64,000 nt of DNA from Candidatus Omnitrophota bacterium (GTDB lineage: Bacteria > Omnitrophota > Omnitrophia > Omnitrophales > JACROU01). Location of the stretch: the NCBI GenBank assembly GCA_029261035.1, contig JAJDCD010000023.1:365126-429125 (forward strand), written 5' to 3'. Positions 26,787 to 37,480 of the stretch are shown here, one piece after another. The notes below the pieces were generated by a model. That model saw only the letters and a program-made list of their open reading frames with translations. It did not search any database and was not told the DNA's origin. The translations under genes were made by a program, and so were the position numbers. Position 1 is the stretch's first letter. Every line of letters begins with the position of its first letter.

Positions 26787-29441
26787 ATGAATAGTTTTAA
26801 TACGCAGAAACAAATCAGGGTTGGAAGTAAAAGTTATACTATTTTTAGTCTGTCAGAATTAGCCGGTGCGAATAATGTTGTCCGTAGAATGCCTTTTTCT
26901 TTAAAGGTGTTATTAGAAAATTTGCTTCGAAATGAAGATGGCAAGTTTGTTAAAAAAGAAGACATTGAAGGTTTTCTGAAATGGAAGCCAAAAGAAAAAA
27001 GTTCTCAGGAGATTTCTTACCGCCCTGCGCGCGTGCTCCTTCAAGATTTTACTGGGGTTCCTTGTGTTGTAGATTTAGCAGCAATGCGTGATGCTATTCA
27101 AAAAATGGGCGGGGATCCTAAAAAGATTAATCCTCTTCAAAGTGTGGACTTGGTGATCGATCACTCTGTGCAGATTGATTCTTTTGGAACGAGTACTTCT
27201 TTTCAAGAAAACGCAGATAAAGAATTCGATAGAAATAAAGAAAGGTATGCTTTTTTAAAATGGGGACAGAAAGCGCTTAGTAATTTTCGAGTCGTTCCAC
27301 CTGATACAGGAATTGTACATCAAGTAAATTTAGAATATTTAGCTCCTGTTGTTTTTCAGAAAGAACAAGATGGACAGACGCTGGCTTACCCCGATACGCT
27401 TGTGGGCACAGACTCTCATACGACGATGATTAATGGCCTCGGTGTTTTAGGTTGGGGGGTTGGAGGGATTGAAGCAGAAGCGGCGATGTTGGGCCAACCT
27501 GTTTCGATGCTGATTCCAGAAGTGGTTGGATTTAAATTGGTAGGAGAATTGAAAGAAGGCGCGACCGCCACAGACCTTGTGTTAACTATTGTGCAAATGC
27601 TCAGAAAAAGAGGGGTGGTTGATAAGTTTGTTGAGTTCTATGGTCCTGGGCTTTCTAAATTACCTTTAACGGATAGAGCTACTATTGCCAATATGGCACC
27701 AGAGTATGGTGCGACGATGGGCTTTTTCCCCGTGGATGATGAGACGCTCGTTTATCTTAAACTATCCGGTCGCAGTGAGGAGCAGATCGCTTTAGTTGAA
27801 GCTTTTTGTAAGGAGCAAGGTTTGTTTCGGGAAGATGGAAAAGAGGATCCCGAATTTTCGGATACACTTGAGCTAGATCTTACCTCCGTAGAGCCTTCTT
27901 TGGCTGGGCCTAAACGTCCTCAAGATCGTATTGCTCTAAAAGATTCTAAAAAAGCGTTTCAAGAGTTGCTTCATTCTTTACCCGCTGGAGATGCTGAAAA
28001 ATCTGTTGCTGTTTCAAATCACAGTGGAAATTATGATTTAAAACAAGGATCAGTTGTCATTGCATCGATTACGAGTTGTACGAACACTTCAAATCCTTCA
28101 GTGATGATTGCTGCGGGACTTGTGGCTAAAAAAGCAATTGAAAAAGGGTTAGAAGTGAAGCCGTGGGTCAAAACGAGCTTGGCGCCAGGTTCTAAAGTAG
28201 TTATTGAGTACTTAAAAGAGACGGGCTTACTTCCTTATTTAGAACAGCTTAAATTTAACTTGGTGGGGTTTGGTTGTGCTACGTGTATTGGAAATTCAGG
28301 GCCTCTTCCGGAACCTGTTGCTAACGGAATTAAAGATGGAGAGTTATTGGCTGTGAGTGTTCTTTCGGGAAATCGAAATTTTGAAGGCCGCATTCATCCA
28401 TTGGTCAAAGCAAACTATTTAGCATCTCCTCCTTTAGTGGTGGCGTATGCTTTGGCAGGGACTGCTAACTTTGATATGACTCAGGATGTGATTGGTAAGG
28501 ATAAAGAAGGAAACCCAGTGTACCTTAAAGATATTTGGCCAAGTACAGCTGAAGTGACAGAAGCATTAAAGCAAGTGAGTTCTGAAATGTTTACTTCTCA
28601 GTATGCCAATGTATTTGAAGGGGATGATAAATGGAGATCATTTAAAGTAGATGAAACGGATTGTTATGAGTGGGAAGCAAACTCTACTTATATTAAAAAT
28701 CCTCCTTTCTTCGAAAACATGTCTTCAGAACCTTCTGGATTGGAGGATGTTGAAGAGGCTCATGTTCTTGCTTTGTTGGGAGATTCTGTTACTACAGATC
28801 ATATATCACCAGCAGGTGCTATTCCTCCATCTGGGCCCGCAGGAAAATATTTAATTGCTCAAGGTGTAGATTCTAAAGACTTTAATTCTTTTGGAGCAAG
28901 AAGAGGAAATCATGAAGTAATGATGCGGGGAACATTTGCTAATATTCGTTTGCGTAATTTGTTGGCCCCTGGGACAGAAGGGGGTGTTACACGACATCTT
29001 CCTGATGGAGAAGGGATGTCCATTTATGATGCGGCCATGAAATACAAAGCAGAAAATAAACCTCTGATCGTAATTGCAGGTGCAGAGTATGGAACGGGTT
29101 CTTCTCGTGATTGGGCTGCGAAAGGAACACGGCTGTTGGGTGTTAAAGCAGTAATTGCTCAAAGTTATGAACGCATTCATCGAAGCAACTTAATTGGGAT
29201 GGGTGTTTTGCCTCTTCAGTTTAAAGAAGGAGAATCCGCAAGCAGTCTCGGATTAACAGGGGAAGAAAAGTTTACGATTACAGGGATTAAAGAAAATTTA
29301 ACTCCAGGAAAGACTTTGACGGTTCAGGCAGGCGATAAATCTTTTGAAGCTATTTGTCGGATTAATACACCTGAAGAACTAAATTATTATCGTCATGGCG
29401 GCATTTTGCAATATGTGCTTAGACAGTTAATGAATAAATAG
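26787..29441 (+). CDS. acnA: Aconitate hydratase (AcnA-type)
   Basis: The 884-aa protein has the cluster-ligand cysteines ([17 protein letters not shown]) and an SR aconitase signature (…[10 protein letters not shown]). Confidence 0.9.
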   Translation: MNSFNTQKQIRVGSKSYTIFSLSELAGANNVVRRMPFSLKVLLENLLRNEDGKFVKKEDIEGFLKWKPKEKSSQEISYRPARVLLQDFTGVPCVVDLAAMRDAIQKMGGDPKKINPLQSVDLVIDHSVQIDSFGTSTSFQENADKEFDRNKERYAFLKWGQKALSNFRVVPPDTGIVHQVNLEYLAPVVFQKEQDGQTLAYPDTLVGTDSHTTMINGLGVLGWGVGGIEAEAAMLGQPVSMLIPEVVGFKLVGELKEGATATDLVLTIVQMLRKRGVVDKFVEFYGPGLSKLPLTDRATIANMAPEYGATMGFFPVDDETLVYLKLSGRSEEQIALVEAFCKEQGLFREDGKEDPEFSDTLELDLTSVEPSLAGPKRPQDRIALKDSKKAFQELLHSLPAGDAEKSVAVSNHSGNYDLKQGSVVIASITSCTNTSNPSVMIAAGLVAKKAIEKGLEVKPWVKTSLAPGSKVVIEYLKETGLLPYLEQLKFNLVGFGCATCIGNSGPLPEPVANGIKDGELLAVSVLSGNRNFEGRIHPLVKANYLASPPLVVAYALAGTANFDMTQDVIGKDKEGNPVYLKDIWPSTAEVTEALKQVSSEMFTSQYANVFEGDDKWRSFKVDETDCYEWEANSTYIKNPPFFENMSSEPSGLEDVEEAHVLALLGDSVTTDHISPAGAIPPSGPAGKYLIAQGVDSKDFNSFGARRGNHEVMMRGTFANIRLRNLLAPGTEGGVTRHLPDGEGMSIYDAAMKYKAENKPLIVIAGAEYGTGSSRDWAAKGTRLLGVKAVIAQSYERIHRSNLIGMGVLPLQFKEGESASSLGLTGEEKFTITGIKENLTPGKTLTVQAGDKSFEAICRINTPEELNYYRHGGILQYVLRQLMNK

Positions 29442-29458
29442 CGAAAAGGAAAAACTCT

Positions 29459-29488
29459 CCCTCTCCCTCATAGGGAGAGGGTTTGAAA
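29459..29488 (+). terminator. Rho-independent terminator after acnA
   Basis: The hairpin ccctctccc-tcata-gggagaggg is followed by TTTG. Confidence 0.6.
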
Positions 29489-29601
29489 TCAAGACCATAG
29501 ATTCTATCTGCTAAACGCTCTACGCTGTGTGCTAGTTTATTGAATCTTTTTAGGGCGTTTTCGTCGTAATAGGTAGGATGAGTTATTTATAGGAGGTTGT
29601 T

Positions 29602-30390
29602 ATGAAACATTTGAGTTTATTATTCGTATTCCTTTTTTCAGCATTTATTTTTACAAGCAATGCGCATGCTGAAAATTTTGATACGAATTATTCTGGGTAC
29701 GCACAGGTTTTAAATAATTATTTAAAGGAAGGCTTCGTTAATTACAAAGCGTTAAAAAAATCCTCACAAGACTTAGAAGAATTTTTGGACAGCGTCAAAT
29801 TTTTGGAGCGCTCAGAATTTGATTCTTGGGATGATGAGAGCAAAATAGCATTTTGGCTTAACGTTTATAACGCATCTGCGATGCAAATTGTATTAATGAA
29901 TTATCCCATTAAGGGTGGCGGGGGTTTTAAAGCTTCTTTTTATCCTAAAAGCAGTATTCAACGTATTAAGAATGTTTGGAATAAAGATTTTATACAAGTC
30001 TTTGGAAGTAAAATGAGTTTGAATGATATTGAAAATGAAACGCTTAGAAAGAATTTTAAAGAACCTCGTATTCACTTTGCTTTAGTTTGCGCTTCGATTG
30101 GATGTCCGGTGTTAAAGGATGAGCCTTATATCGGAAAAAAACTAGAAGCACAATTAACAAGTCAGACACAGGGGTTTCTAGCGGACTCATCAAAGAATGA
30201 ATACAAATCTTCTGAGAGCACCTTTTATCTTTCTCCTATTTTTAAATGGTTTGGGGAAGACTTCGACTCTGCTGGGGGCCCAGTTCTTTTTGCTAAAAAA
30301 TATGTCAGCCCTGAAATCGCAGCAAACTTATCAAAGGATACCCGCATTCGCTTTTTGGATTATGACTGGTCCTTAAATGAGAAGAAATAG
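29602..30390 (+). CDS. Secreted DUF547-family protein
   Basis: A signal peptide is present, along with the IHFALVCASIGCP and IFKWFGEDF motifs typical of DUF547. Confidence 0.6.
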   Translation: MKHLSLLFVFLFSAFIFTSNAHAENFDTNYSGYAQVLNNYLKEGFVNYKALKKSSQDLEEFLDSVKFLERSEFDSWDDESKIAFWLNVYNASAMQIVLMNYPIKGGGGFKASFYPKSSIQRIKNVWNKDFIQVFGSKMSLNDIENETLRKNFKEPRIHFALVCASIGCPVLKDEPYIGKKLEAQLTSQTQGFLADSSKNEYKSSESTFYLSPIFKWFGEDFDSAGGPVLFAKKYVSPEIAANLSKDTRIRFLDYDWSLNEKK

Positions 30391-30405
30391 TTTTTGTAAC
30401 CGTAT

Positions 30406-31815
30406 ATGAAGATAAAGAGCAATTGGGTTCTTTTTGTTGCGGCATTCGTTTTATTTTTCTCCACGCTAGCCATTTCTCTATTAAGTCATAGTTTTATTTT
30501 AGGCGAAGGATACATAGATAGACCCATCCTTCGCTTTCTTTTTTTAGAAGCAGTGAGCTTTGTAGTATTTTTTATGGCTGTTGAATGGGTTCGTAAACAT
30601 GCTTCCAACTCTAGAAAGCTTGTGTGCTTTATTTTTCTTGTTGGAGTACTTCTTCGTTTTCTTTTTATTCCTTCTAATATGCTTCAAGAAGTTGACGCCT
30701 TTCGATACCTTTGGGATGGTCAAAGTGTGATTCAGCTATCGAATCCTTTTGCGCTTTCTCCAACAGAAGCGTTTGAAAATAAAGCGATTCCGGTGGAGAC
30801 TCTTTCCATGGATGCGGAAAGGGTATACAAGAGAATTAATTTCCCGGAAATTAGAACGATTTACCCCCCCTTAGCACAGTGTTTATTTGGATTGTCCCAA
30901 TGGATTTCACCTTGGCAGTTGGATGGGTGGCGGTGGATGATCTTCATGACAGAGATTTTAATTTTTATTCTACTTCTCTTAATCCTTCGCAAAGCACAAA
31001 TTAAATTTGAGTGGCTTTTGCTTTATGCGTGGTGCCCTTTAATTTTAAAAGAGTTCTCTAATAGTTTGCATTTGGATGTATTTTTGGTTTTGAGTTTTTG
31101 TTTATTGATCTATGCGTGTATGCAAAAATGGATTGTTCGTTCTTTTGTTTTTCTAGCACTAGGTGTGTTGGTTAAATTTACTCCTGTTATTTTTCTTCCT
31201 CTGATTTTTATTTGGGGGTGGAAAAAAGATCCCAAAAAAACATTGATAGGTTTTTTGAGTTTTTCCTCCGTCATCTTTTTGTTTTATTTCCCCTTTATAT
31301 TTGTAGGAGACGCTTTGTTCGAAGGGCTTAAGGCTTTTTCAACGTACTGGAGTGTTAATCAGAGTATCTTTTCTGTTGTCCACTTTCTTATGGATCAACT
31401 GCCTTGGAGTGAAGAGGTTGCTGCTAGGGCTAGTCGTATTTGCGTCGCTGGATTGTTAGGGGCTGCGGGAGGCGTTTTGTGTGTTCGGTTATTAAAAGCA
31501 AAAAAGAATGAAACTAAACATCTAATTTATTCTTTATTTATTCTCTTAACAACATTGTTTTTTATTGCACCAACAGGAAACCCTTGGTATTTTACTTGGG
31601 TTTTCCCGTTTTTAATTTTTATTCCTATGCGGTCTTTGGTTTTGTTCTCGGGACTTGTTTTTTTGTATTACTTAGATTTTTATTTTATGTATCGAGATCA
31701 AGATTCTATGTTTCGTTGGGTTCGTTTGGTTGAGTACAGTATTTTTTATTCTTGTTTTGTTTTAGAGTGTTATCTCTATCGAAACAAGAAAGAACAGTTG
31801 TTAAATTTAGGATAA
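30406..31815 (+). CDS. Polytopic integral membrane protein (DUF2029/GT87-like putative glycosyl- or mannosyltransferase)
   Basis: It has about 12 predicted TM helices and a conserved loop (NFPEIRTIYPPL). It sits in the rSAM-associated transferase cluster. Confidence 0.45.
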   Translation: MKIKSNWVLFVAAFVLFFSTLAISLLSHSFILGEGYIDRPILRFLFLEAVSFVVFFMAVEWVRKHASNSRKLVCFIFLVGVLLRFLFIPSNMLQEVDAFRYLWDGQSVIQLSNPFALSPTEAFENKAIPVETLSMDAERVYKRINFPEIRTIYPPLAQCLFGLSQWISPWQLDGWRWMIFMTEILIFILLLLILRKAQIKFEWLLLYAWCPLILKEFSNSLHLDVFLVLSFCLLIYACMQKWIVRSFVFLALGVLVKFTPVIFLPLIFIWGWKKDPKKTLIGFLSFSSVIFLFYFPFIFVGDALFEGLKAFSTYWSVNQSIFSVVHFLMDQLPWSEEVAARASRICVAGLLGAAGGVLCVRLLKAKKNETKHLIYSLFILLTTLFFIAPTGNPWYFTWVFPFLIFIPMRSLVLFSGLVFLYYLDFYFMYRDQDSMFRWVRLVEYSIFYSCFVLECYLYRNKKEQLLNLG

Positions 31816-31819
31816 GGAT

Positions 31820-32443
31820 ATGCCCAAAAGAGAACTTATTTATTTTGTAAAACACCCTACTCCCGGCAAAGTTAAAACACGTTTAGCAAAATCGATTGGG
31901 GAAGAAAAGGCCACAGAAATTTATAACCGATTGGCTAAACATCTTATGAAAAAAATTCTAGAAGGAGTTCCCTCAGAGACGCAAGTTACTATTTGTTTTG
32001 ATCCTCCTGAAAAAGAAGCTGAAATTCGTCAATGGCTTTCAGGCCCTTTCCAGTATCGTGTTCAAAAAGGAGATGGATTGGGAGATCGGTTAGAACATGC
32101 TTTTATTGAGAGCTTTCAAAAAGGATCAGAACATGTGGTTGTCATGGGGAGTGATATTTTAGGATTCAGACCCGAATTGATGCAAAAGGCATTCCTAAGC
32201 TTAGAACAGACGGATGTCGTTATAGGCCCCTCAGAAGATGGCGGCTATTATCTTATAGGGCTTTCAATAGACGAAACGGCTCTATTTAGAGAGATTCCAT
32301 GGAGTACGGATAATGTGCTTCGAGCAACACAGTCTGTGATACAGAAAAAGGGCTTGAGGAGCCTTTTAATCGATTCTTTAGAGGATCTAGATGAAATAGA
32401 GTCTTTAGAGAGAAATAGGGATGAAATTGAATCTATTTTATGA
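31820..32443 (+). CDS. DUF2064-family nucleotidyl/glycosyl-transferase-like protein ('rSAM/selenodomain-associated transferase 1' type)
   Basis: The N-terminus reads LIYFVKHPTPGKVKTRLAKSIG, and a GSDI motif is present. It is adjacent to the ArsM/ArsS-like genes. Confidence 0.65.
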   Translation: MPKRELIYFVKHPTPGKVKTRLAKSIGEEKATEIYNRLAKHLMKKILEGVPSETQVTICFDPPEKEAEIRQWLSGPFQYRVQKGDGLGDRLEHAFIESFQKGSEHVVVMGSDILGFRPELMQKAFLSLEQTDVVIGPSEDGGYYLIGLSIDETALFREIPWSTDNVLRATQSVIQKKGLRSLLIDSLEDLDEIESLERNRDEIESIL

Positions 32444-32543
32444 TTTTGGACGTAAATAGTGGTAATATGTACCGCTCTAAAAAGGGTATAGGCTGTTTCT
32501 GCATTAGATTAATAAGGTAAGAATGGCAAATATAACTTTTTTT

Positions 32544-32640
32544 GTATGCCAGGTCTAAAGACTCGGCACACTAGGTACCTGACTTAGGGGTGCCAAGTAA
32601 GAGTATGTGATTTGAATCAAACTACAATTATATGAGATGT
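32544..32640 (+). repeat. ~95-bp intergenic repeat, copy B
   Basis: About 85% identical to 6173-6271. It ends about 35 nt before the ArsM-like start codon. Confidence 0.7.
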
Positions 32641-32675
32641 TATTATTTTGTCCTAGGCTGGGAAAGGAAACAGAA

Positions 32676-33893
32676 ATGAAAACCGCAAATCGAAAAAACG
32701 GAAAACTAACTAAAAAAACCCTCTCAAACGGAAAAAAAACTACTTCTAATAGCTTGTCTGAGCTCGAAACGAGCGTAAAGGACCGTTATGCAAAAGGAGC
32801 TATTAAGAGAGAAGAGGCGCTTTGCTGCCCGGTGAGTTATGATCCTAAGTACTTAAAGGTTATTCCAAAAGAAATTATTGATAAAGACTATGGTTGCGGG
32901 GATCCTTCTCAGTATGTGAATGAAGGGGAAGTTGTTTTAGATTTAGGTTCTGGTGGGGGGAAAATCTGTTATATCGCTTCTCAAAAAGTAGGGCCGAAGG
33001 GGAAAGTGATTGGTGTGGATTTTAACCCAACAATGCTTCGTTTAGCTCGAAAACATCAAAAGGAAATGGCAAAAAGAATTGGTTGGGCTAACGTGGAATT
33101 TAAGCGAGGAAGAATTCAAGATCTTCAAACAGATTTTGACTTAGTAGATAAAAAAGTTTCTAATAAAAAAGTTAAGAATGCGGATGACTTTTTGAAGCTT
33201 CAAGGAAAAATTGATCAGCTTAAAAAAGAAACGCCATTAATTCCAGATAACTCTGTTGATGTGATTGTTTCTAATTGCGTTCTTAACCTTGTCGGAAACG
33301 ATGAAAGAAAACAATTATTTAAAGAAATGTTTCGTGTGTTGAAAAAAGGTGGACGTGTTGCAATATCTGATATTGTGTCTGATGAATTTGTTCCGCAAGA
33401 GCTTCAGGATGATGATTATTTGTGGAGTGGATGTATTTCAGGAGCATTTCAAGAAAAGGCATTCGTTGAAGCTTTTGAAGAGGTTGGTTTTTACGGAATA
33501 GAAATTGAAAAAAGAGATGAGAAACCTTGGCAAACAGTAAAAGGAATTGAGTTTCGTTCCGTGACGCTTATTGCTTACAAAGGTAAAGAAGGCCCTTGTT
33601 TAGAAAGAAATCAAGCTGTTATATACAAGGGGCCATGGAAACAAGTTCTAGATGATGATGGGCATATCTTAAGAAGAGGTGCTTTTACTGCTGTTTGTGA
33701 TAAAACATTTAACATTTATTCTCGCGCACCTTACAACAAAGATATTATTCCTGTTCCTCCAATTAAAAACATTTCCTTGTCTAAAGCAACAGAATTTGAT
33801 TGTCAACGTTCTGTTGAACGTCATCCCAAAGAGACAAAGGGGCAGGCTTATGACGCCACCATTGAAGCGTGCTCTACAGAAAGCTGTTGCTAG
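32676..33893 (+). CDS. ArsM-like SAM-dependent methyltransferase (arsenite methyltransferase family / 'rSAM-selenodomain-associated methyltransferase')
   Basis: The N-terminal cysteine pair (EALCCP) is present. So are the family boxes YDPKYLKVIPKEIIDKDYGCGDP and VLDLGSGGG, plus further cysteines at SNCVLNL and SGCISGA. AGGAAA lies before the ATG at 32676. Confidence 0.75.
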   Translation: MKTANRKNGKLTKKTLSNGKKTTSNSLSELETSVKDRYAKGAIKREEALCCPVSYDPKYLKVIPKEIIDKDYGCGDPSQYVNEGEVVLDLGSGGGKICYIASQKVGPKGKVIGVDFNPTMLRLARKHQKEMAKRIGWANVEFKRGRIQDLQTDFDLVDKKVSNKKVKNADDFLKLQGKIDQLKKETPLIPDNSVDVIVSNCVLNLVGNDERKQLFKEMFRVLKKGGRVAISDIVSDEFVPQELQDDDYLWSGCISGAFQEKAFVEAFEEVGFYGIEIEKRDEKPWQTVKGIEFRSVTLIAYKGKEGPCLERNQAVIYKGPWKQVLDDDGHILRRGAFTAVCDKTFNIYSRAPYNKDIIPVPPIKNISLSKATEFDCQRSVERHPKETKGQAYDATIEACSTESCC

Positions 33894-33941
33894 TTCGCTT
33901 TTAGCTAATGGCTGATAGCTATAAAAAGTAGGAGGCTCCTT

Positions 33942-34904
33942 TTGAATCGTTTTGAGACCGTTATAAAAGAAAATAATCTCGCCATTGAGAAGCGTGTAGA
34001 TACTCTTCAAGTTAACATTGGAAAACTTTGCAATCTTGCCTGCACGCATTGTCATGTGGAATCCAGTCCGTTAAAAGTAGAAGAAAATATGAATCGAGAA
34101 ACTGCAGAAGCGGTTGTTCGATTTATGGATCAAGTAGAAATTAAGACACTTGATCTTACGGGAGGGGCTCCGGAACTCAATCCTCATTTTAGATATGTTG
34201 TTACCGAAGCGTGTAAACGTAATATTCAGGTTATGGACCGGTGTAATTTAACGGTTCTGTATGAACCAGGCCAAGAAGATACGGCGCAATTTTTAGCAGA
34301 TAATAAAGTGGAAATTGTTGCTTCTTTACCGTGTTATCTTCAGGAGAATGTAGATAAACAAAGAGGAAAAGGGACTTTTGATAAATCCCTGGAAGCGTTA
34401 CAGCTGCTTAATAAATTGGGTTATGGTAAAGAAGAAACCGGATTGAAACTTAATTTGGTTTATAACCCAGTAGGACCTCATTTGCCACCAACTCAAGAAA
34501 GTTTAATCGGAGAATATAAGGCGCGTCTCTTAGAAGATTACGGCATTGTTTTTAACGACTTGTTTACAATAACTAATATGCCTATCAAGCGATATGAGAA
34601 ATACCTCAAAGCTTTTGATCAGTATGAGGAATATGTAGAGTTGTTGATCAATAGTTTTAATCCAAAAACAGTTTCAAGTTTAATGTGTATTAATACTTTA
34701 AGTGTGAGTTGGGATGGAAAGTTGTATGATTGTGATTTTAACCAAGCTTTGAATATGCGAGTAAATGGTCGTGACAATGGATCCAAACCTACTATATTTG
34801 ATGTGACTACAGATGAGTTAAAGCGCCATGAAGTTTTGACAGCAGATCATTGTTTTGCTTGTACCGCCGGTTCGGGTTCTTCCTGTACAGGATCTCTTGT
34901 TTAA
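33942..34904 (+). CDS. Radical SAM protein with C-terminal Cys-rich domain (ArsS-like, arsenosugar-biosynthesis-type rSAM)
   Basis: The CNLACTHCH box (CxxxCxxC) is near the N-terminus. The C-terminal Cys-rich tail reads CFACTAGSGSSCTGS. It starts on TTG with AGGAGG upstream. Confidence 0.75.
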   Translation: MNRFETVIKENNLAIEKRVDTLQVNIGKLCNLACTHCHVESSPLKVEENMNRETAEAVVRFMDQVEIKTLDLTGGAPELNPHFRYVVTEACKRNIQVMDRCNLTVLYEPGQEDTAQFLADNKVEIVASLPCYLQENVDKQRGKGTFDKSLEALQLLNKLGYGKEETGLKLNLVYNPVGPHLPPTQESLIGEYKARLLEDYGIVFNDLFTITNMPIKRYEKYLKAFDQYEEYVELLINSFNPKTVSSLMCINTLSVSWDGKLYDCDFNQALNMRVNGRDNGSKPTIFDVTTDELKRHEVLTADHCFACTAGSGSSCTGSLV

Positions 34905-34945
34905 CCTCATAAAGTTAGAAAGTTGAATTTCATTTCTTTTTAATT

Positions 34946-35614
34946 ATGAAAATCTCCGTAATTATCCCAGTCTATAATGAAGCAAAATGCATTGAGGGAA
35001 CCTTAGAAAACCTTGTGTCTAATCATAACTTTTTTGAAGTTATTGTTGTTGATGCTGGAAGCGAAGATCAAACAGAATCTATTGCATCTCGTTTTGCTAA
35101 AGTGATTCAATCAAAAAAAGGAAGAGCAGAGCAAATGAACCGAGGCGCCGAACTGGCTTTGGGAGACGTGCTTCTTTTTTTACATGCAGACACTTTTTTG
35201 CCTCCTAATGCATTTGATTTAATCAAAAATACATTAGAAACAACCTCCTATGAGGCGGGGCGATTTTATATGCAGTTTGATGACCGTCGTTGGTCTCTAC
35301 GTTTTTTTTCTACCTATACGCGTTTGAGATGCTTCTCCTATGGAGATCAGGCCCTATTTATACGTAAGAAATTATTTAATCGAATGAAAGGCTTTAGCAC
35401 TCAGGTTCCTTTTGAGGATGTGGATTTTTTTAGCCGCCTTTCAAAGGGAAAGAAGTTTGCTGTTATTAAAGAGCCGGTTATTACTTCTGCAAGAAGATTT
35501 GTGTCTCAAGGGACTTGGACTCAAAAGTGGATTAATCTTCTGCTCATTTGTTTTTACTACTTTGGATTTGATATTACAGGGTTGAAACGGAAGTTATACC
35601 CTGATCTTAGGTGA
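34946..35614 (+). CDS. Family 2 glycosyltransferase ('rSAM/selenodomain-associated transferase 2' type)
   Basis: It has the N-terminal motif ISVIIPVYNEAKCIE and a DAGSEDQT (DxD) motif. Confidence 0.7.
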   Translation: MKISVIIPVYNEAKCIEGTLENLVSNHNFFEVIVVDAGSEDQTESIASRFAKVIQSKKGRAEQMNRGAELALGDVLLFLHADTFLPPNAFDLIKNTLETTSYEAGRFYMQFDDRRWSLRFFSTYTRLRCFSYGDQALFIRKKLFNRMKGFSTQVPFEDVDFFSRLSKGKKFAVIKEPVITSARRFVSQGTWTQKWINLLLICFYYFGFDITGLKRKLYPDLR

Positions 35615-35682
35615 CAGAAGTCGGAGGTTAGTAAAAAGAAGAAGCTGCCACCTCGCAATGACGGTTTATAATTAAAAGGAGT

Positions 35683-36465
35683 TTGATTTTGAAATTGATT
35701 GTTGTTCTTTCATCGCTATCTTTTCTATTTTTATTAGAGCATTATTGGCCTCTTTTTAAAGGAAGAAAACATCATTTCAAACACGCCTTTCCAAATTTGT
35801 TGATAGCGGTAACGAATGGAATTGTAATAGCGGTATTTTTTTCTGGATTAACTATAGCTGTGATTGAATGGGCAAAGGTTCATGAATTTGGTTTATTGCG
35901 TTTAGTTTCGTTGCCGACATGGATGAATTTTGTATTGGCATTTGTCCTCTTTGATCTTTGGATGTATTTGTGGCATGTGCTGTTACATAAAGGCCCTTTG
36001 TGGCGATTGCATCGCATGCATCATAGTGATACGGAAATGGACACGACAACAGCTCTGCGGTTTCACCCCATTGAAATTGTGATTTCAACAACGGCACGGT
36101 TAGCTGTATTACCTTTATTAGGTTTAGATTTAATTCATTTAGTTGTCTACGAAATGTGTCTTCAACCCGTCATTTTTTTTCACCATAGCAACTGGTCTCT
36201 TCCAGAGAAAATAGACTCCATTTTAAGGTTGTTCATTGTGACTCCGAATATGCACCGAGTACATCATTCTCAGATTCTTAAGGAAACTAATTCGAACTAT
36301 TCGAGCATTCTCTCTATTTGGGATCGGGTTTTTGGCTCATTTATCCATCGGAAAGATGTGCTTGCTATTGATTATGGAATAGGCTATTTTGAAGGAGCAA
36401 AATGGCAGAAATTCTGGGGAATGTTAAAAATACCTTTTGTGTTATCTTTAAAGAGGAGGCAGTAA
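35683..36465 (+). CDS. Fatty acid hydroxylase / sterol desaturase superfamily membrane enzyme
   Basis: It has the histidine boxes HVLLHK, HRMHHSD and HRVHHSQ in a multi-TM protein. It starts on TTG. Confidence 0.7.
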   Translation: MILKLIVVLSSLSFLFLLEHYWPLFKGRKHHFKHAFPNLLIAVTNGIVIAVFFSGLTIAVIEWAKVHEFGLLRLVSLPTWMNFVLAFVLFDLWMYLWHVLLHKGPLWRLHRMHHSDTEMDTTTALRFHPIEIVISTTARLAVLPLLGLDLIHLVVYEMCLQPVIFFHHSNWSLPEKIDSILRLFIVTPNMHRVHHSQILKETNSNYSSILSIWDRVFGSFIHRKDVLAIDYGIGYFEGAKWQKFWGMLKIPFVLSLKRRQ

Positions 36466-37442
36466 TGAGATATGGTTTGATTAGTATCATTATCATAGGA
36501 GGTTTCGTTTTTACTCTTAGTTTATTAAATAAGAATGTAGAAGCTCAACCTTTTTCTGCTGAGAGACAGTTTAGCGTTCAGTATTCGGCCACAATGAAGG
36601 CATTTCCTCAGACGGCGCAGTCCATCAAAGTTTGGGTTCCTCTAGCGAGCAGTCGAGATGGTCAAGAAATCATCAGCCGTAAGATTACAGTTCCTGTTCC
36701 TTATGAAATTAAAAAAGACTCTAAACTCAATAATGAAATTTTGTATTTTGAAGTTCCGGTAGATCAACTAGATTTAATCACAGTTGTTATTGACTATGAG
36801 GCTAAACTGAATCAAGAGTCGTATCGAAATTCTAGTTTAACAGAAGATTTAACCCCATTTCTGGATCCATCTAAGCTTATGGTTGTTAATTCTGAAGTTA
36901 AACAACGGGCTCAAGAAGCAACGCAAGGAAAAGGTGCTGTTCAGCAAAAAGCCAAAGGTATATTTGATTACGTGATTAATCATATGAGTTACGACAAAAG
37001 TGTTCCTGGTTATGGAAAAGGAGACACGATACGTGCTTGTGATATTGCTAAAGGGAATTGCACCGATTTCCATTCTTTATTTATATCGATGTCTTTAGCT
37101 GAGAACATCCCCGCTCGTTTTAAAATAGGGCTTCCAATTCCAGAAAGTATGGATGAAGGCAAAATAAAAGGTTACCACTGTTGGGCAGAGTATTATCACC
37201 CTGAAGAGGGTTGGCAGCAAGTAGATGCTTCTGAAGCAAAGAAGAACCCAGAAAGAAAAGAGACTTATTTTGGTGGGATAGATACGGGTAAGTTTTTAAT
37301 CAGTGTTGGGAGAGATGTGGAGCTTTCTCCTCCAAATGCTGGAGACCCTGTGAATATTTTCTTTTATCCTTACGTCGAAGTAGATGGAGAGCCTTTTAAC
37401 GAGATTAGCACAGAGTTCTATTTTAAAAACAAAACGGCTTAA
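36465..37442 (+). CDS. Secreted transglutaminase-like cysteine protease domain protein
   Basis: A signal peptide is present. The catalytic Cys region is GNCTDFHSLF, the His region is GYHCWAEYY and a downstream Asp follows. Its start overlaps the upstream stop (TAATG). Confidence 0.65.
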   Translation: MRYGLISIIIIGGFVFTLSLLNKNVEAQPFSAERQFSVQYSATMKAFPQTAQSIKVWVPLASSRDGQEIISRKITVPVPYEIKKDSKLNNEILYFEVPVDQLDLITVVIDYEAKLNQESYRNSSLTEDLTPFLDPSKLMVVNSEVKQRAQEATQGKGAVQQKAKGIFDYVINHMSYDKSVPGYGKGDTIRACDIAKGNCTDFHSLFISMSLAENIPARFKIGLPIPESMDEGKIKGYHCWAEYYHPEEGWQQVDASEAKKNPERKETYFGGIDTGKFLISVGRDVELSPPNAGDPVNIFFYPYVEVDGEPFNEISTEFYFKNKTA

Positions 37443-37480
37443 ATTAATAAATTTTTAAGCTATTCAAACAGGAGAAAGAT

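Noticed and set aside
34850-34904. Possible selenocysteine (in-frame TGA) in the ArsS-like Cys-rich tail
   Set aside because: The C-terminal motif CFACTAGSGSSCTGS is encoded with Cys codons and the frame ends in TAA. No in-frame TGA or downstream SECIS-like hairpin is present.
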